64,000 nt of DNA. Origin: Nymphaea colorata (lineage: Eukaryota). How positions within the stretch are numbered: the stretch's first letter is position 1; each line of letters starts with the position of its first letter. Shown here in pieces: positions 40,139-52,964 of this stretch. Below the pieces are notes generated by a model, which saw only the letters and a list, made by a program, of their open reading frames with translations, searched no databases and had not been told where the DNA came from. The stretch spans positions 14,322,001 through 14,386,000 of the forward strand of contig NC_045138.2 of assembly GCF_008831285.2 (NCBI RefSeq), in the 5' to 3' direction. A program made the translations under genes and the position numbers.

Positions 40139-40314
40139 TAGGGATGGAGCCAAGTGGCCGGCGGCACCCTGGGTTTTGAGAAACAACATTCTACATACAA
40201 AAATTTTTAAAAATTTCAATTTGGCCAATATAAAAACTTTTGAAAAAGTTTAAAAGAATTTCCGAAACGTTGTTAAGCATCTCATTGAGTTTCAAAATCC
40301 TGGTTCCGCCCCTG
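40139..40314. mobile_element. Degenerate hAT-type MITE
   Basis: Imperfect TIRs TAGGGATGGAGCCA...TGGTTCCGCCCCTG around an AT-rich core. Flanks ATGAGGTC/ATGTCGTG match 5/8, a possible decayed TSD. Confidence 0.6.
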
Positions 40315-42791
40315 ATGTCGTGCCTTCTTGGCAAAGTAACACAACAGTGGAAGGGGAAGAAAAGAAAACTCTGGCTCTTATTCTCACTTCCTCACATCAC
40401 TAGATTAATAGAGTAGGGAAACTGTAGAGATTGTTTTGTTGGTTTGTTTTTGGTCTTAGATGTGATAAAAAAGAAAGGAGGCGCGCTTTCTTGACAAAGG
40501 AACAAAGGGAAAAAGGGAAAGGGGGGAAAAGTATAGCTCCCCAATATCCTTCCTAGATCCGTTGTCGGTGCAACGGCCAAAAGCTTTGGAATATAAATTT
40601 TATCTTTTCTTATTCTTTTATGTTTACTATTTCATTAAGCGCATAAGAAAAGGACGCTCAGCCACATTTAGTAATTTCTTGTCCAGGTAAAAGCCTATGA
40701 GGGTTTTGGAAAAAGAAAAAAATTCAAACAGGGAATGAAGGTTTAGTTGTAATTACCAAATTTAGCTGAAGTAGGAGATACACAGTAGTTTTCAGATAAT
40801 CCTGCATGTTCTATGTCTATTACTTGTTCTCGTTAGTTGATAATATAGTATTCTTTTTCTTTTTTCTTAAGCATTGTTTTTATTATTGGTATTTTTCTTA
40901 TTAACGGAAAGTCAAATATTTTTTTCTGTACTAATGTCCAATTCTTGGTTCTCTATTTGCTTGAATAATTTTTCATCATTTTGAATCATTAGAACATCAA
41001 CTGAAGCTGCTAACGTGCAAGTTGAAGTACAGTGGAAACAATTTTTAGAGACATCAAAAGTAGGTTTTATATCTTAAAAATATGAAAAGTTGGTAGAAGC
41101 GTTTGGTTTTTTCTAGATGGTAGGATGAAATATTTTTGCTCACTACAAATTATTTAATGAGCTATCAATAATTATCTTTCTCTTCTCTTGTATGAGTAAA
41201 TAATTATTATTTGAATGATCTACATGGTGAATGCTATGTAAACATGTAGAAATTTTGGGACTTTTCTCTAGTTGGGTTGTTCTCTACTTCTACTGCCAGA
41301 AAATAAGACCCGTTTTAGAATTACTGGAAATGTTCTAAGACCCATTTTAGGTTTATAGGAAAAGGGAAGCTTTAACAAAATTAGGGTCTACTTCCTTTTC
41401 CTTTGCTGCAAAACTTGTACATAGCACATCAGAGGTCACTTGACACGAAAATTTACATCTCTGTCTTTGGCTTTTTCAACCATATAATAAATTAAATCAA
41501 ATCGTATTCTAGAGAGAGAGAGGTAGAGAGAGAAAGGTTGAAGAAAGTTAGGAAGGGATTCGAACCCACAATCAGTGGTAGACAGAGGAGGACGAGATCG
41601 GTGGTTAGCTTGGAAAAGGGCAAGTGCGAATTGCCAACACATTGTGCTTGTTATAGACATGTAATAAATGGGTCACTTGCGTCACACCCACGACAAGATG
41701 ACCACTAAATGACTTTCTTTCCCACGGCTGCGTTTGCTTAGTCCGACTTTGCCAAGAAAATCTAAAAACCAATAGCTGGGAAAGCGTGTCTTCCTGTTCT
41801 TCAATAGGGCTGGCATAACGGTAGGATCGCAGCGATTTGTTTAAGCTTTAAATTCTAGAAATATCAACCTTTTGTGTTGCCGCAACACAAAAAGCCTAAT
41901 GTGCAAGATAAAGTATGATAGAGAGACAACACTCTAAGACACCGAAAGCAGGTCATGTATTTTATAGAGATAAAAGTTTGAATAAGGACTTCGACTTTCT
42001 TCTAGGCGGTGGAAAACCCCAGTCACCGAAAGAAGAACTTTCTCATGGTTTTGTTTGCTTAAGAAGATTTTTCGAAAGGAACAAAGTTAACGAGACAATT
42101 GATTTCCCTCACTGATTGGAAAAGAAGACAAAAACTCTATGCGACAAAATGGACCGCATACATTCTAGTTTTTTTGGCTCTGAATCGTGCCATCGATTTA
42201 ATTTCTAAACATTTTTGTCCCATGCATTGCGAAAATAAGTAATTTCCGGCATGAATTGAATGGCAGTTGCCTGGTTATAATTAGACAACTTAAATACATA
42301 TATCAGCAATTGGAACAGTCAAATTCGACAAAGTGAAAATTGAAAATAATCTCAAAATCATATGCATGCATCCTAACACTATTTAGGTCTTTTCCGTTAA
42401 GGGTTTTGGATTATGCTTGATCAAGACAAGCTATGACGGGCCAACGTTCGTGAAGTGGTCAAGTTATCTTGGCCCCATGCCAATTTCAGTCTGAATCGGT
42501 CGAGTCTAATCGAATTAATGACAAACTGATACGATTCGATGAATAAATAGGGAGTGCATGTTTTTATATATTTTCATCGTAATGGAAATAACCTTAAGCA
42601 AAACAAAATCTTAAACTCAGGCCTAGTGTCGGCGACATATTGGTCTTTGTTTTGAAAAAATTTTTTTTTTTTAATTAATTGTTTATTGAGGAAAAAACTT
42701 TCAAATTCTTACTCTTATGTTTCCAAGGTTTTGACTTGTTTTGGACCATCAATGAATCTATGATATAAGTAATACACTGGAGCATGATATG

Positions 42792-43196
42792 CAGGGGCAG
42801 AGTCAAGGGGGCGGCCAACAAAGGGCCTCCGCTAAACCCCTTCAAATTTGTTTTTTTTTAATTTACATATAAATTTTGTAAAAAATTGTACGTATAATTT
42901 TGAAAAACGAAATTTCAGCTATTGTCAAAATTTTGAAATTATAATCTGTACCCCTCATGAAAAATTTCTGACTGGCTATAGAGACTACGAGATTTAAAAT
43001 TCTAACCACTTGAGTGCAGAGGCCAAGCCAGAGAGAGCCTTGACCCTCAATCAATTTTTTGAAAAAATTTACATGTAAGTTAGAATATATATATTTATTC
43101 TATATAAAAGTTTTAAAAAATTATATTTTGACCCTTACCTAAATTTTGAAACTATAATTCAGTTCCCCTCATAAACAATTCCTAACTCTCCCCTTG
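42792..43196. mobile_element. Two adjacent degenerate MITE copies (about 42792-42980 and 43017-43196)
   Basis: Both start with CAG(G/A)GGC.. ends and share AATTTACAT and AAATTTTGAAA(T/C)TATAAT...CCCCTCAT cores, which also occur at ~39764 and in reverse at ~36573 and ~12534. Confidence 0.55.
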
Positions 43197-46100
43197 CTTT
43201 CTCCTTGCCACCCAATTACACTATAACACGCGAGACAAAAGAAATTACATTGCTAATGAAACTTTGGCTGCACTAATCAATGCTGCCTCCATGATATAGA
43301 TTGTGATCAGGTGAACGTCCCTTACCTGGTGCGTCTCATGTTCGAGTTCTTCTGGGTCCCATTCGGGCTCGACTTTCAAAGGAAGAAAGCTTTGTAGGGC
43401 AGCCATGTTCGTGTTCTTTGTCCTCGCCTACATTGGAATGTTAGGCAAATAACCCCATTTGCATGCATGAACCAATCAGAAGCGTCCCCCCACATAATAT
43501 GATCCCTTGTGTCCTCTGTTATGGCAACAGTTTTCTTTCTTCAATATGTTTCTTGTTGTTTAATATGTTAACTTTTTTTTCAAGTGTCTTGTTTTTATCC
43601 TTTTGGAAAACCAAGATAAAGATCGGCTCCCAATTGAGAAGATATTCAATGTCAATTAATTAATACCCTTGACATTGTCAAGAGTAACGATCCAGCTATT
43701 AGATCACATCTAAAGGGAAGAACTTATAAGTGGAATGTACTGGCTAAAGACATTTAATAAATCTTATGTTATGCTATTAATCAGTATTATGTTAAATTAT
43801 CTGACATGCTCAACTGCGACGATGGCAGCATGTGTCTAGATCTTGTACTATCTTGTGTCCGGGTTCATAGTTCTTCCGGATGCAGATTAAAGCAAATCAT
43901 AAAGCAGGTTCTGATCTGCCAAACCAGTTTCAGAGCTCATATATATATATATATATAGAACCTGATCCCCCCAAGAAGCCATGAACTCTGTCGCCCTCCA
44001 TCGGTCCCCTGTCAATATAATGAAGAAGACGCAGCACTGACAGTCTGCTTTTGCTTTTCCGAGCGGTACATGACAAACCAAACCTGAAACTACAGAGAAG
44101 TTTTTGCTTCGGTACGTATAAGCCCGTTAGCTAGCATGTATTGCACCATTTTTAAGCTGCGGATTCTTCTTTCTTCTTTGGAGGAATGCGTGGTTGAAGT
44201 ATTTGCTTGACAGAAGCTCAAGATGACTGAGACATTGTACTGCATGTACCGGAGGACTCCTACCAAGCAATTACTAAAGTTGGTTCTGAACAGTCAGTTG
44301 GTGAACAAGAAATTAAATGCTGAGATCTCATTATATAGATGTCTGAGAATCGTTTTCCCACAGGGTTTCTAAGTAGGTCAGGCAAGACTTAAGAGAGTTG
44401 CTTAGAACATTAATGTGCAGCAGAACAAACAGATGACAGGTTCTGTACTCGAAGTTGGAGCAGCGGCGGGTCCCCCAATTACATCGGGCATTTCAAAAGA
44501 AAAAAAGTTTTTGGGTACTTGTGAATTTTTTGGTTTCTGTTTCCTGCACTGCAGTGGTGTCAATGTCACAGGCGTTGGTACGTAGTTCTTGCAGGGAAGC
44601 AAACGGAAGATTACCATCTGAAACAAAAGCTGAGCTTTAAGAAGATCTAACTTTATATAATTAAAACTTATTCTTCAAAAATAAAGTTGTTATTTACTTT
44701 TTTTTTTTTTTTTTAGAAAAGTGATTTTGTATGTTAGACATTGGCATGGCCAGTTACTTTTCTTCTGTAAAAAGTCGCCTTTCTCATTGTTCTGTTCTTC
44801 CGATTAGATAATTAATTTAACGTGTGACTTGATTGAAGTAAACAAATTTAGAAGTTCCAGCCAAACAGAAGAAAGCAAATTCTATCCACTCAATTGTCAT
44901 ATCTTCAGCGTCCAATTCGATCCTGATAAACCATGCCTTAAGAGAATACAAACAAACCAACATCATTTAAACACTTGCCCCCACATGCTTCCTTTCATTT
45001 GAGATCAGTATAGTAGAGCCTCCTTTGACTGACACTGGGCGAACCCACTGAATATATATATATATATACACTATGTACATAAAACCGCGACTTTTGTTTG
45101 CCTTATAAGACCAGATTAGAGTAATGGGCATATACATAATCGAATTGAGGTATTGGAGCTCCGGTTTTGATCTTCAGGCGATTGAGGGTCAGATAATTGT
45201 TGGATTACTGATTTAGTTCTTGCTTTTGAGCTGTGGGTGTCTGCAAAAGATGAAGAAGGCCGATTCTTTTTTGCTGATTGTTCGAAAAAAGTGCTGTTTC
45301 TGTATTTCATCTACTGTTCTGTCTCCGAGGTTGTACTCAAAAGGAGCAGTTAATTTACATCAGCTTTGCAAGGGCTGTACCTGCTAGGAGGAGCAAGTTT
45401 CAGATGTTCTAATGAGAATCTAGGTGTCTGTTTGCCATTTACTGGTGATTTTCCTATATGTCTGAATCCCAGTACTTCTAGTGAATTTTCTTCCTTTGAC
45501 AGATTAAAAAAATGGGTATTTATCAGCCACTTTAATTTATATATTATTTATAATTTCAATAAAAATGAAGTAACAGTTTGATTCGTCTGCTGCAAACATG
45601 GTTTTAATGAGGAATAACAGCAGCAGCTATCACTGCCTGAGACAGCATCTAACATCTTACCACCTTTGTCCTCCTCCACTTGCGTAGGCTTCTAGAAAAT
45701 GACATGAAGGGAAGACAATGTCAAGGTGAATGATTGCTTCTTTCTTACTGCACCATACTCCATGACCTCTGGCCATTGACGTTTTCCCACTCCCGCAGAA
45801 GCCATTCTGTTCTGATGAGAAAAGAATAGTATAATACCTGGAAGTCAGAATTCCATTGACCGACTCGTTGGATATGACGGGCAGATCGAATTCACAATAC
45901 ACCGGACCTCCGAAAGTCGGTAGACAATTTTGCAAAGACGATGATGGAGGATAGTTGTGCAAGTTGGTGATCATGTCATCGGATAAGGTCAGTTATGGCT
46001 GATTTCAGTGGGAATCAGCCAATTCAGATAATGAAATCAGCTTGTTTCCAGTAGTTTTCATCATTAAAATAATGGCAGCAGTCAAGGATGAGAAATTCTG

Positions 46101-48030
46101 CTGGTTAATAGTAATCTGATCACAGATGTCCTTTTTTTTTCCTTTTCCAACTTTCATGTTTTTTGTCGGTTTTTTGTTGAACCAGTTATATATTCGAAGA
46201 ATCTGGATTCATTTTTATTTCCAAAATTATATTCTGAGAATGCCCATGACAGAATTTTACAAAATTTTGATGTGTTTTTGCTTTTCGTTCTTTGGATCGC
46301 GAGTGTCAAGAATTTTACGGTTTGAGGCCTTTTGAAAAAGGTAGCAGCAGTGAAGGATGAGAATTCTCGAGAGTTCAAATTAGACGGGATTAGGTGGTGT
46401 TAAGATATATAGTCGCAAATGTCTTTTCTTTTTCAAATCTCAAGAACTTATCAGAATTTCTTTGACAGGCCACGAAATGCCAAGAAAATATGATAGTCTA
46501 AAGATTAATCTACCTTGAGAATTTTAGCCTATCTAGGAAAGTCTAATAGTCTCCGTTTTTCTTTTCCATGTTTGAATTGACAGCCTCATCTTTTGCGTTA
46601 AAATATTCTTCTACGATTTTCCGCGGTTGAAAGGAAAAGTTCTAAAATCTCTCAATCAATATTTAATATTGAGATATGGTTTACGAATGATAGACGACAA
46701 TTAATCTCCTAGCCTAATTAAAAGAAAAAAAATTCAGAACTTCTCTAACAACTCTGGACCAACCCTTGGCTGAAAATTATTGACACTAAGCAAGTTCCTT
46801 AATTATTTAATATCCTGAGTTCCTTGACCACGGCAGGTGTGACCATATTAGAGATGCCAGGACTTCCACAGATATGCATCAATAATATAATTTCTCACCG
46901 TAAGTATTAAAAATATATGTATTAATCTTAAAGGTGTTTTCGAATATCATCAAAATTAGTTTAGTCTTGATCTTGAGAATTAATTTTTCCTCCAAACGAA
47001 TTAATTAATTTATCTGCATAGAAAAGCCTATAGCTAGTATATATATATATATATATGAAAGCGACTACCATGGAAACCTAGTGCATTAAATTTTAGATCA
47101 ATGGTGGATTCAGAGAGACACTTGCCCACATTGTTCTTTGTTGAGTCCATGGCTGCATCATTTAAATCGATCGTGAGTCAATTATTACTATTTGGGAACG
47201 CAACCATTGTGTTAAAACTTATTGTCATGTCCATAAAAGGTGTATGCATCCCCATAAGTGGTGTTTCTAAAAAATGGTAAGAGGTGTTTATCTAGCATTT
47301 CCTATTTGATAATGTCATCTCATGATCATCAGGTTTTGATGAAACGTAATTTTTGGTGTTAACCTTTTGCTACATCAGTAAAGTCATGTCATATCATATC
47401 CATCGAATTAAAATCGCCCATTAACTTCGAATACACTTAATGACAGCCGTTGAAAGGTTCATACATTAATTGAGGAGTGAGTAAGAACAAGAAGTTTCAA
47501 ATCCCACCCTTCTTCTTATGCCCATAAGGTTTATGTCTGCTTTTAATGCATCGGGTAAGGCACCATCCCTATGCATCCACTTACATATTGGTGCCCCACT
47601 TTTAAAATAGAAGACATTGGTATCTTGAAAATTAAAAACGAAAACTAGCCGCCTACCAGCTCTGGCTTTTGCCAGTTGCGTCAACCTTCTTGAGGATCAA
47701 CTTATGAGTGATACCTACCAGGCTCTACATGCACTGCAACATATGTGGATCGGTGTCCCAGTCAATGTAAATCGTATCGACTCGGTACCACATAGCCGTT
47801 ATGTGAATAAAATAATACCAACAATCTAATTTTTCAGCATACAAATAAATATTTTCAAAGGCGCAGGTTAAAAAGAATCGGCAAACGAAACAGTTCCCAT
47901 ACGATATTTGTAACATGCAGTACCAATTACTCTTTCTTCCTCTGCACAATGTTTTCAAAATGGAGCAGTTTTCTAGATTGCTGATGTTCTTCATTTTCAA
48001 AGCACTTTTTTCACCGTAGAACTTGAGGGG

Positions 48031-48032
<2 letters not shown>

Positions 48033-48117
<85 letters not shown>
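48033..48117. repeat. Compound (CT)n(AT)n microsatellite
   Basis: Directly visible. Confidence 0.95.
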
Positions 48118-48119
<2 letters not shown>

Positions 48120-50515
48120 GAAGGAAATAGACCTACTGGAAACCAAGAATTGTTATTTAAACTGTGTTTTGGTGTAGATTAAAGGTTCCCTTCCTGAACT
48201 AAGACTAAGAGGTGATAGTTCATGTCCGGTTACAAATCTGTGAGTGAAGAGAATATATTATGGATCATGATGATAAACACTAAAATCCATGAAGCATATG
48301 ACAATGGTAAAAACATGAGATGTGGTGATAATAACGATGGTTTTGGACAACTAACATTGCAGTGATGGTGACATGCATTTTAGTTTGCCTAGATTTTAAT
48401 TTGTCTTTTCAAAAATGTGTCGACGCCATTGAACCCAGAAGGTCCAAATCTATGGGCATCAAAATTCGATATGGCGCTTGGATTTTTTGAGGATATCAAA
48501 TCAGCAATTTTGAATTGTTCTACATTTATCAAAAATTAGGGTTCATAAAATCAAATATTTGCATCAGAGTAAAACTCTTTAAGTTTATCTGTAAAGTAGA
48601 TTCGAACCCACTGACCCGATAGGATGAATATAAAATCTTTAAAACAATTAGATTTTTTGAAAATTGCTTAACAATTATACTTATGAGAAAAGTCTGGTAG
48701 CATTGAGATTTCAACCAGGGGTGTCACAACTTAAAGAAGAAAGTTCGCATATACTTACAAAAAAATAAACGATAAATAAATGTAATCTCAATGTAATAGC
48801 AAGTGATGATTGCAATTATTAGGCAAAATATTATTAAACAAAATGGATGGATAACATCGATTCAACTGCATCACGTGTATCGAGATTCGAAGGAGTAAAA
48901 GGGGCTAATAGGTCACTAGATACGCAAATCTTTTTCTAATAACATACAAAAACAACTTTGTGGCTTTTGGCAACACTAGGCAGCCAAGGGGTCATCATGC
49001 TTCAATCTCGATCCAAACCCATTTTAGAGATCTGATTTTGTTTGTTGGGTCGCCATTATTTGTCTAAACTATGGACAAATTGAAGGTAGCGTATTGGGCG
49101 GCAAGGTCGTCCAGTTCCTCTAAAAACTCATGTTCGAATTTTGAAGTGGTCACTGTCACGTATCAGTGTGTTCTATCTTTACACCGTAAAAAGTTCCGAA
49201 ACATGCTCTATAAACTCAAAGGGGGTAGGATGTACATAGAAGAAATCAGTGACCTCTCTTAGGGGCAGTGGAATAAACCACTCACCCTTAAATAAGAAAA
49301 AAAAATTAAGAAAGAAAATACACTAAAGAAGCCTAGCTTCTCCCTTTTCTCTCCTCCATACCACCTTAAGGTTTAGGGTTGGCTACTTCGAGACTTGAGT
49401 TGATAGTGTTACCTTTCTGAACTAGAATATAATGTATCTACCATTAATAGTATCAAAATAAACGACCAAACTTTCACCAATCTACCAATTCAAGTGATTA
49501 TATCTAATACTAAATGATATGTAGATCTGTTTTTTTTTTTTCCTTTCTTGGGTGCTGTGTGTGGAGTTAGGAAGACACCTAGCAATTGATTTCTCACGGT
49601 CGTTTTTTCAACTTACAAGGACTAAAGTTCAACCCTTCATCCAAGTGGATTATGCTCTTATGGGGGCAATGAGATGGTCACTTGGGTACTGAGACATTTG
49701 TCAAGATCTGCAAGTTGAGGAACACCACAAGTCTAAAAAGCCTAGAAATGCGCGTTCATCGCCACGAAGCCAAATCTGGGTGTAGACTGGAGTACAACAA
49801 AATGAAAGGGAATTTAGGGTTCTCTCAGGGATTCATGGGTATGGTAACTTTTTTTTTTAACTATACACATATATGTAATATGCATCTTACATAGAGAAAA
49901 TGTGATATATATAGTAGGAATGGTGTAGATTAGTACACCCTGAGGTCGCCTTTTGAAAAGTGTAAAACAAAGAAGGTGGCTCCATATGAATATGAAACCC
50001 CAGGAGCCTCTTGCTTTGCCTTGAGACAAGGGGATTCTCACACGCTGAGGGACCCAGAGGTACGTTTATAATCATAAATGGCGTGTCACATGTCATGCTG
50101 GTTTTCACAATAGCACAGTAAGAAGCCACTCCCACTCCCACTTTTAGAGAGAGAAAGGGGGAAGAGAGAGTTCTGCCGAGTCGGCAGAGATGTTGAAGGC
50201 CGAGACGGTTCGAGGAGGGCGAATCGTTTCGGTCGTCGACGTCGTGGAGACAGGGAGCGCATCCCTCGCTCACTCCCCGTATGAAAGCGCGTCGTTTATC
50301 CAACGTGTGATCCCACCAACCTCTCTCTCTCCCTCGCAGATTCTGAATTTCCATACACTTTTAAAGGAGAGAAAAAGATGGAATTATAGACTCATCAACC
50401 ATCCAAAAGATGAGAAGAAACGGGAGAGGAAAAAAGAGAGGCAACCAAAATAAATGCTTCTCGTCACACCCAGATACAGATCTTCTCTCTCTCGTTCTTC
50501 CTCTCTTTCCCTCTC

Positions 50516-52964
50516 ATGGAACTCAGGGAGCATCTTGCTCAGACTTTTATTGAGTGGCTGAAGCCGCCGGGTTCGGAGTCTCGAGAAGCAAGGGAAACCC
50601 AACAGATCGGATCTCCTTACAGTGCTGTTGCTCAGCCTCTTCTCTCCGGCATACTTCCTGCTCTCGAGTTCTCGTCTCACCGACACCACGGTGAAGAAGG
50701 AATTCAGCGGTATGATGATCGGTGCCTGCCCCTGCTGAGCCAATTCGAGGAGAGGAAGTCGGCACCGGAGACATCTGGGAGCAGCAGACCGAGCAGAGAG
50801 AGTTTTGTTGTGAAGAGAGAGGAATTAGAAGAGATTGATGATTGCCAACAGGAAATGGTGGCGCTGCACATCGGGCTGCCGATCAAGCCGGCTGCAGGAG
50901 GAGGAGGAGGAGGAGCAGGAGCAGAAGGAGAGGGAGAGGAGGAAGGCTGCTGCTTCATGGGAGAAAGGTCTGAGGAGAGTAAGAAGCAGGAAAGAGAAGA
51001 TGGGAAGGTGAAGGGCAAATACTGGATCCCAACGCCTGCCCAGATACTCATTGGGCCCACGCAGTTCACCTGCCCCGTTTGCAACAAGACCTTCAATCGG
51101 TACAACAACATGCAGGTTAGCAACTGTTCATCTCTCTCTCTAGATCTCTCTCTCTCTCTCTCTCTCTCTGGTTCTTACATCGGCGATCTTCTAATGGTGT
51201 TTTTAGCAGAAGAAAGATGGGTTTTAACGGCAATCTTCAGTGCAAAAGAAAATTCATTTTGGGTGTTTCGAAAGAGAAAGAAAGAGAGAGTCGACACCAA
51301 AACCTAAGTAAAGGCCATCATCGTTTGCAGGAAATGAACTACAAATTCGTCTTTGAACCTTCACACCCTCAACTCGGTATTTGCGTTTCATAATTGAACC
51401 AAAGTTGCATACCAACTGAAGACCATGTCCGTTGCTTTTGAACCTTGAATCAAACTCTACCATCTATGTCCATTTTTGTTGATCTTTCGAAATGAAATAT
51501 GTGATGTAATAAACTTGAAAAATCCAACAGTGTTTTGGGCAACCTCACAACTGAACCGCCATGTTTTTCTCGTTCTGTTCACAGGGAAAACCTTCTTGAT
51601 TCTAACGCAAAGCAACTGAAGGAAAAAAAAAAAAAGGAAAGGAAAGCCGAAAAGCCGGCAAAAATAGAAAACAAAATTTGTTGATTGCTAGAGAAAAAAA
51701 CCAGAGAATATGATTGTCTCGCTGCCACTTAGTCACCTCCGAGAACTCAGATGGCAGTGAAGAGTACTTTATGTGAATCACTAAGTTGCAGAAACTCCGA
51801 ATCACCACACAACCGTTAATGGAACCGCTGCAAGCGTGCACGCACACACACACGTGCACACCCTCTAGGAAGGGTCTACGTATGTGAGAAGAAAAGAAGG
51901 AAATGTCGTTATTTGGACATATAAAAAATGATATCTCTTTCCTTTTCCCATTACTGCACATTACCTTGAGAACTTGGGAATCTTTTCACACCATCTTATA
52001 GACTTTGTACACATTAATACATGAAACAAGAAAAATATTACCTTTCCTTTCCTTTCTTACTGAAAAACCATCATTAGGACCTCTGCATATTTCATTTTCT
52101 TCCAGTGTAACTAAAGTGGCACACTGCTTTTTGAAAACTTCACTCAATTTAAAACCAGACTTCCCCGTACACACTCAAAAGAATCGTGTGCCGTCTACAT
52201 ATCTTGCTTGGCCCACAACGGCTCCATTCATCTTACAAGAACAACTTGTGAATGACACCAAGTTGATGGAACGTGAAGGGTTCGGAGCCCGCAGATCGGG
52301 TTCCTCTGCCGGAAGCCGGAAAATTATATGAGCTGAGTTTTGGCAGGCAGAGGTGACCTTAAAGATTCTACCAACAAGAATCATGGGGTGTAGTTTAACT
52401 TGCTTTATCTTCTATATCTTCAGTCTAGAGGAAAAGAGAAACTAAAGAGAAAGATCTAATGGCCATCTCGACCTAATGGCTCTTTGTGTACTGAATTTGG
52501 TGCAGATGCACATGTGGGGGCATGGATCCATGTACAGGAAAGGGCCGGAATCGCTGAGAGGGACACAGCCGACGGCCATGCTGAGGCTGCCTTGCTACTG
52601 CTGCGTTCAGGGCTGCAAGAACAACATAGATCACCCGCGGGCAAGGGCGCTCAAGGACTTCAGGACACTCCAGACGCACTACAAGAGGAAGCATTGGCAC
52701 AAGCCCTACAGGTGCAGGAAGTGCACCAAGCCCTTTGCGGTGAAGGGTGACTGGAGGACCCATGAGAAGAACTGTGGGAAGCTCTGGCACTGTATCTGCG
52801 GCTCGGATTTCAAGCACAAGAGGTCGCTCAAGGACCATATCAGAGCCTTCGGGAAGGGCCATTCTCCTCACCCGTTTCACCACAGCCCTTTTGAGGAAGA
52901 GAAGGAATGTGTCTCTGGATCGGAGGCGGAAGAGGTGATAACGAGGGAGAGCAATGCTAATTAA
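50516..52964 (+). CDS. WIP3: WIP-family C2H2 zinc-finger transcription factor, WIP3-like, ~352 aa
   Basis: Exons 50516-51115 and 52506-52964 (GT-AG, phase 0) join [14 protein letters not shown] motif [61 protein letters not shown]. The N-terminal FIEWLKP, CLPLL and VALHIGLP and the C-terminal GHSPHP..FEEE.EC point to the WIP3 subclade (from memory; family more certain than subclade). Confidence 0.9.

Noticed and set aside
41555..41567. Minus-strand GGGTTCGAATCCC resembling a tRNA T-loop/B-box (similar motif near 48599)
   Set aside because: No cloverleaf, acceptor stem or A-box at the right distance. At most a SINE remnant.
51836..51868. GTGCACG/CGTGCAC hairpin followed by CTAG, like a Helitron 3' end
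   Set aside because: Built around a CA microsatellite, CTAG is followed by G rather than T, and no 5' TC end was identified.
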